Shown piece after piece: positions 46,401-47,180 of a stretch of DNA of 47,180 nt. The translations under genes were made by a program, and so were the position numbers. Source of the DNA: Phycisphaerales bacterium (GTDB taxonomy: Bacteria > Planctomycetota > Phycisphaerae > Phycisphaerales > SM1A02); assembly GCA_014237965.1 (NCBI GenBank), contig JABABZ010000002.1, positions 1-47,180 of the forward strand. The letters run 5' to 3'. Below the pieces are notes generated by a model. The model saw nothing but the letters and a program-made list of their open reading frames with translations. It ran no database searches and was not told the DNA's origin. The stretch's first letter is position 1, and every line of letters starts with the position of its first letter.

Positions 46401-47180
46401 ATCGCTGCTCGCGCCAGAGCGCTGGTCACCTTGAACGGCAACACCATCGCGGTCGCCGCCGAAGCCGCGGCCGCCGGGTCGGGGGGAGAGCGAATCTCCA
46501 GACTGGTCGAACGAGCTGGTCGGAATCAAGGGGCGGCGATCGGAGATCTTCGTGCGGTCCCGAGTGAGTTGGAGGACGCCCGGGCGAATCAGGAGCGAGC
46601 CCTCTCCGCCCTCCGTGAAGCATTGGTGATCGCCGAGGAGACGGCCGAGCAACTCGCACAGGAGCAGGCGGAAGAACGTCGAAACGCACTTCTTGGTGCG
46701 TACGCCCTCGTCCTGGAAAAACAGATCGGAATCCGCATCGAGACCGAGAAGATTCGGCCGCAGGCGGGGGAGCGGTTGGGGCGCCGGGGACTGGTGACCT
46801 CGCGCCGTCTGGCCACTGATGAGAGTCGAATCGGTTCGGATCTCGAAGCGATCCAGGATGAATTTCAGGAGATCACGGATTCGCTGGTCTTCTCGATGAC
46901 TCACCGGAACATCGACGCCTGGATCGAATCGGTGTCGTCTCGACTTCGTGAGGGACGTCCGGATGCCGAGACGATCGAGCGACAGACGATGATCATCGAG
47001 GCGATCGCGGGACTGGCGGCATCCCTCGATCAGGAGCAGCAGGACGATGATCCGTTCGCCGGCTTCGACATTCGCCGAGTCGCCGAGCGGGAGAAACGGG
47101 AAGGGGCCGCCGCCGATCTCGAGAACGGCGAGGTCGTTGCGCTCGTCGCCGATCACCAAGCCGACGACCGGCAGCTCGAC
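43434..47180 (+). CDS. Very large membrane-anchored acidic coiled-coil protein (DUF4175-like), 3'-truncated by the window
   Basis: Frame 0 has no stop from 43293 to the window end, so it is absent from the ORF track. Hand translation from ATG 43434 gives >=1249 aa. It begins with three N-terminal TM segments (VVSVAILCVMVMAI, TTLVLGLAWLVWSI, LLVIAIFACVVVTTLVIW). An acidic S/E/G/P low-complexity region follows, then a long E/A/R/Q-rich helical region (ELADLAELLDRGEDAW..., QQAGEAQQQAAAALEQMQETIEESRKAQVAELQRRI). All listed overlapping ORFs in other frames or on the other strand are Arg/Ser/Pro-rich. Start uncertain: GTG 43401 and TTG 43317 are in frame. Confidence 0.75.
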   Translation, partial: MSAIDELIPRLHRVRRALQRAVLERRIASVVSVAILCVMVMAIADRALRFPTGLRWTTLVLGLAWLVWSIRTHVWSAIRFRPTLVDVALRIEASAPPLTGRLASGVEFATTDVGNRNPLAARSLRDLQHRVSTVRMEEIVDARRAHQLLVIAIFACVVVTTLVIWRPVDASIASRRILTPWTDARWPARTEVAGLLDVDLVHARGEPLAMAAELVRGDLESDRVFLKLRNIRDGVVGDWQRLVLTRQQGRRFERVIDTDADEIEYAFATDEVETETSKIRLFPAPAISAAMATVTPPAYASSRGEIRAELGPGTDRRSRLTEPVLEGSGLRLDVTLTRPVPVDRTEDGDVSREFIEQTIAAPDEAIVDLKIDPADPTLWRVSVSMDRGGDIGLSLLDQYGLQNIDPIRYRVDTIPDRAPTTTISRPVTDQTVSADAVVEVQAEARDDVRLKSFDIEATLVRGGVDSQVESIAELSTEAGEDPIADATLRVEFGVADLDPEIGDEILLVAIASDEYQADDLPRDSVRSTARRLRVVSSIELAEQLQSALSSIRRSAIRLDQDQGGISDMVRRGGSSRSSVREQGRLGDRIASARDALESIEQRRNQNRLEDEMLEDIIEQAQDLLEAAGEASDQAVAALDEAARAAAGTGEGSTNSDPTGSEPSDRPEDGASSEPDSDSPEAEPGDELTVSEETPNQEMPGRSRPGESGSENDGASESSSTSSEQSASSGNSGESGESGEPTESGEPGESGEPGESGESGESGEPGEPSEPEERRPPDSSTEAERDAIEAQDEVRAELADLAELLDRGEDAWVVSRRIQQMAEDLAELQERTSELAEETMGRDRSELTPEERRELDEIAREQGELADEADDLVEELEERGASLDQIDPGQAAGLREAAREAREQGLEEQMREAEKGARENRLQQAGEAQQQAAAALEQMQETIEESRKAQVAELQRRIASLVDSLLGLIETSENEIIALARIEGPDDSEKIAARARALVTLNGNTIAVAAEAAAAGSGGERISRLVERAGRNQGAAIGDLRAVPSELEDARANQERALSALREALVIAEETAEQLAQEQAEERRNALLGAYALVLEKQIGIRIETEKIRPQAGERLGRRGLVTSRRLATDESRIGSDLEAIQDEFQEITDSLVFSMTHRNIDAWIESVSSRLREGRPDAETIERQTMIIEAIAGLAASLDQEQQDDDPFAGFDIRRVAEREKREGAAADLENGEVVALVADHQADDRQLD
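45636..45733 (+). repeat. In-frame 18-nt tandem repeat (5 copies plus a partial) encoding GESGEP units
   Basis: ggggaatcaggcgagccc and close variants repeated head to tail: GESGEP, TESGEP, GESGEP, GESGES, GESGEP, then GEP. Lies inside the giant ORF and is preceded by the half unit SGES. Confidence 0.9.

Noticed and set aside
43827-47159. Set of listed ORFs (43827..44627 -, 43868..44716 -, 44593..45972 +, 45493..46308 -, 45912..47159 -) that could be read as several genes
   Set aside because: All overlap the single uninterrupted frame-0 ORF starting at 43434, which has TM helices and a coherent domain layout. The alternatives are Arg/Ser/Pro-rich.

Overview
GC-rich chromosomal segment whose gene content points to a PVC-superphylum bacterium, most likely Planctomycetota. 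Supporting genes: a PSCyt1/DUF1549/DUF1553 + DUF1501 pair, a PVC-type CxxCH dehydrogenase, DUF1080, a PEP-CTERM protein and a MoxR-DUF58-BatA_N cluster. I can support about 33 tightly packed CDS on both strands. Two of them are missing from the ORF track because they run off the window edges: an MFS transporter at 1-243 (-) and a >1249-aa membrane/coiled-coil protein at 43434-47180 (+). dnaA (33717-35099) is followed by a 463-bp, visibly less GC-rich spacer carrying six DnaA-box-like 9-mers, so the window probably spans the replication origin. I found no rRNA, tRNA, CRISPR array, transposase, integrase or phage genes. The many long antisense ORFs in the track are Arg/Ser/Pro-rich, which I read as GC-composition artefacts. 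This looks like core-genome envelope and housekeeping content, and I did not find an unambiguous new system. The best leads are: (1) a divergent porin plus an SGNH esterase / SAM methyltransferase / DASS transporter / DinB operon with TTGA/ATGA-coupled junctions; (2) a same-strand run of a GH35-like protein with a degenerate acid/base motif, an M48 protease with a long C-terminal extension, a mini 2-TM protein and a DsbB-like protein lacking the second cysteine pair; (3) an acyltransferase-3/ankyrin fusion; (4) the MoxR-DUF58-BatA_N-VWA-giant protein cluster next to the putative origin; (5) a B12-binding-fold protein without the His ligand, behind a structured 291-nt leader. All family calls come from motif recognition by eye and need HMM confirmation.
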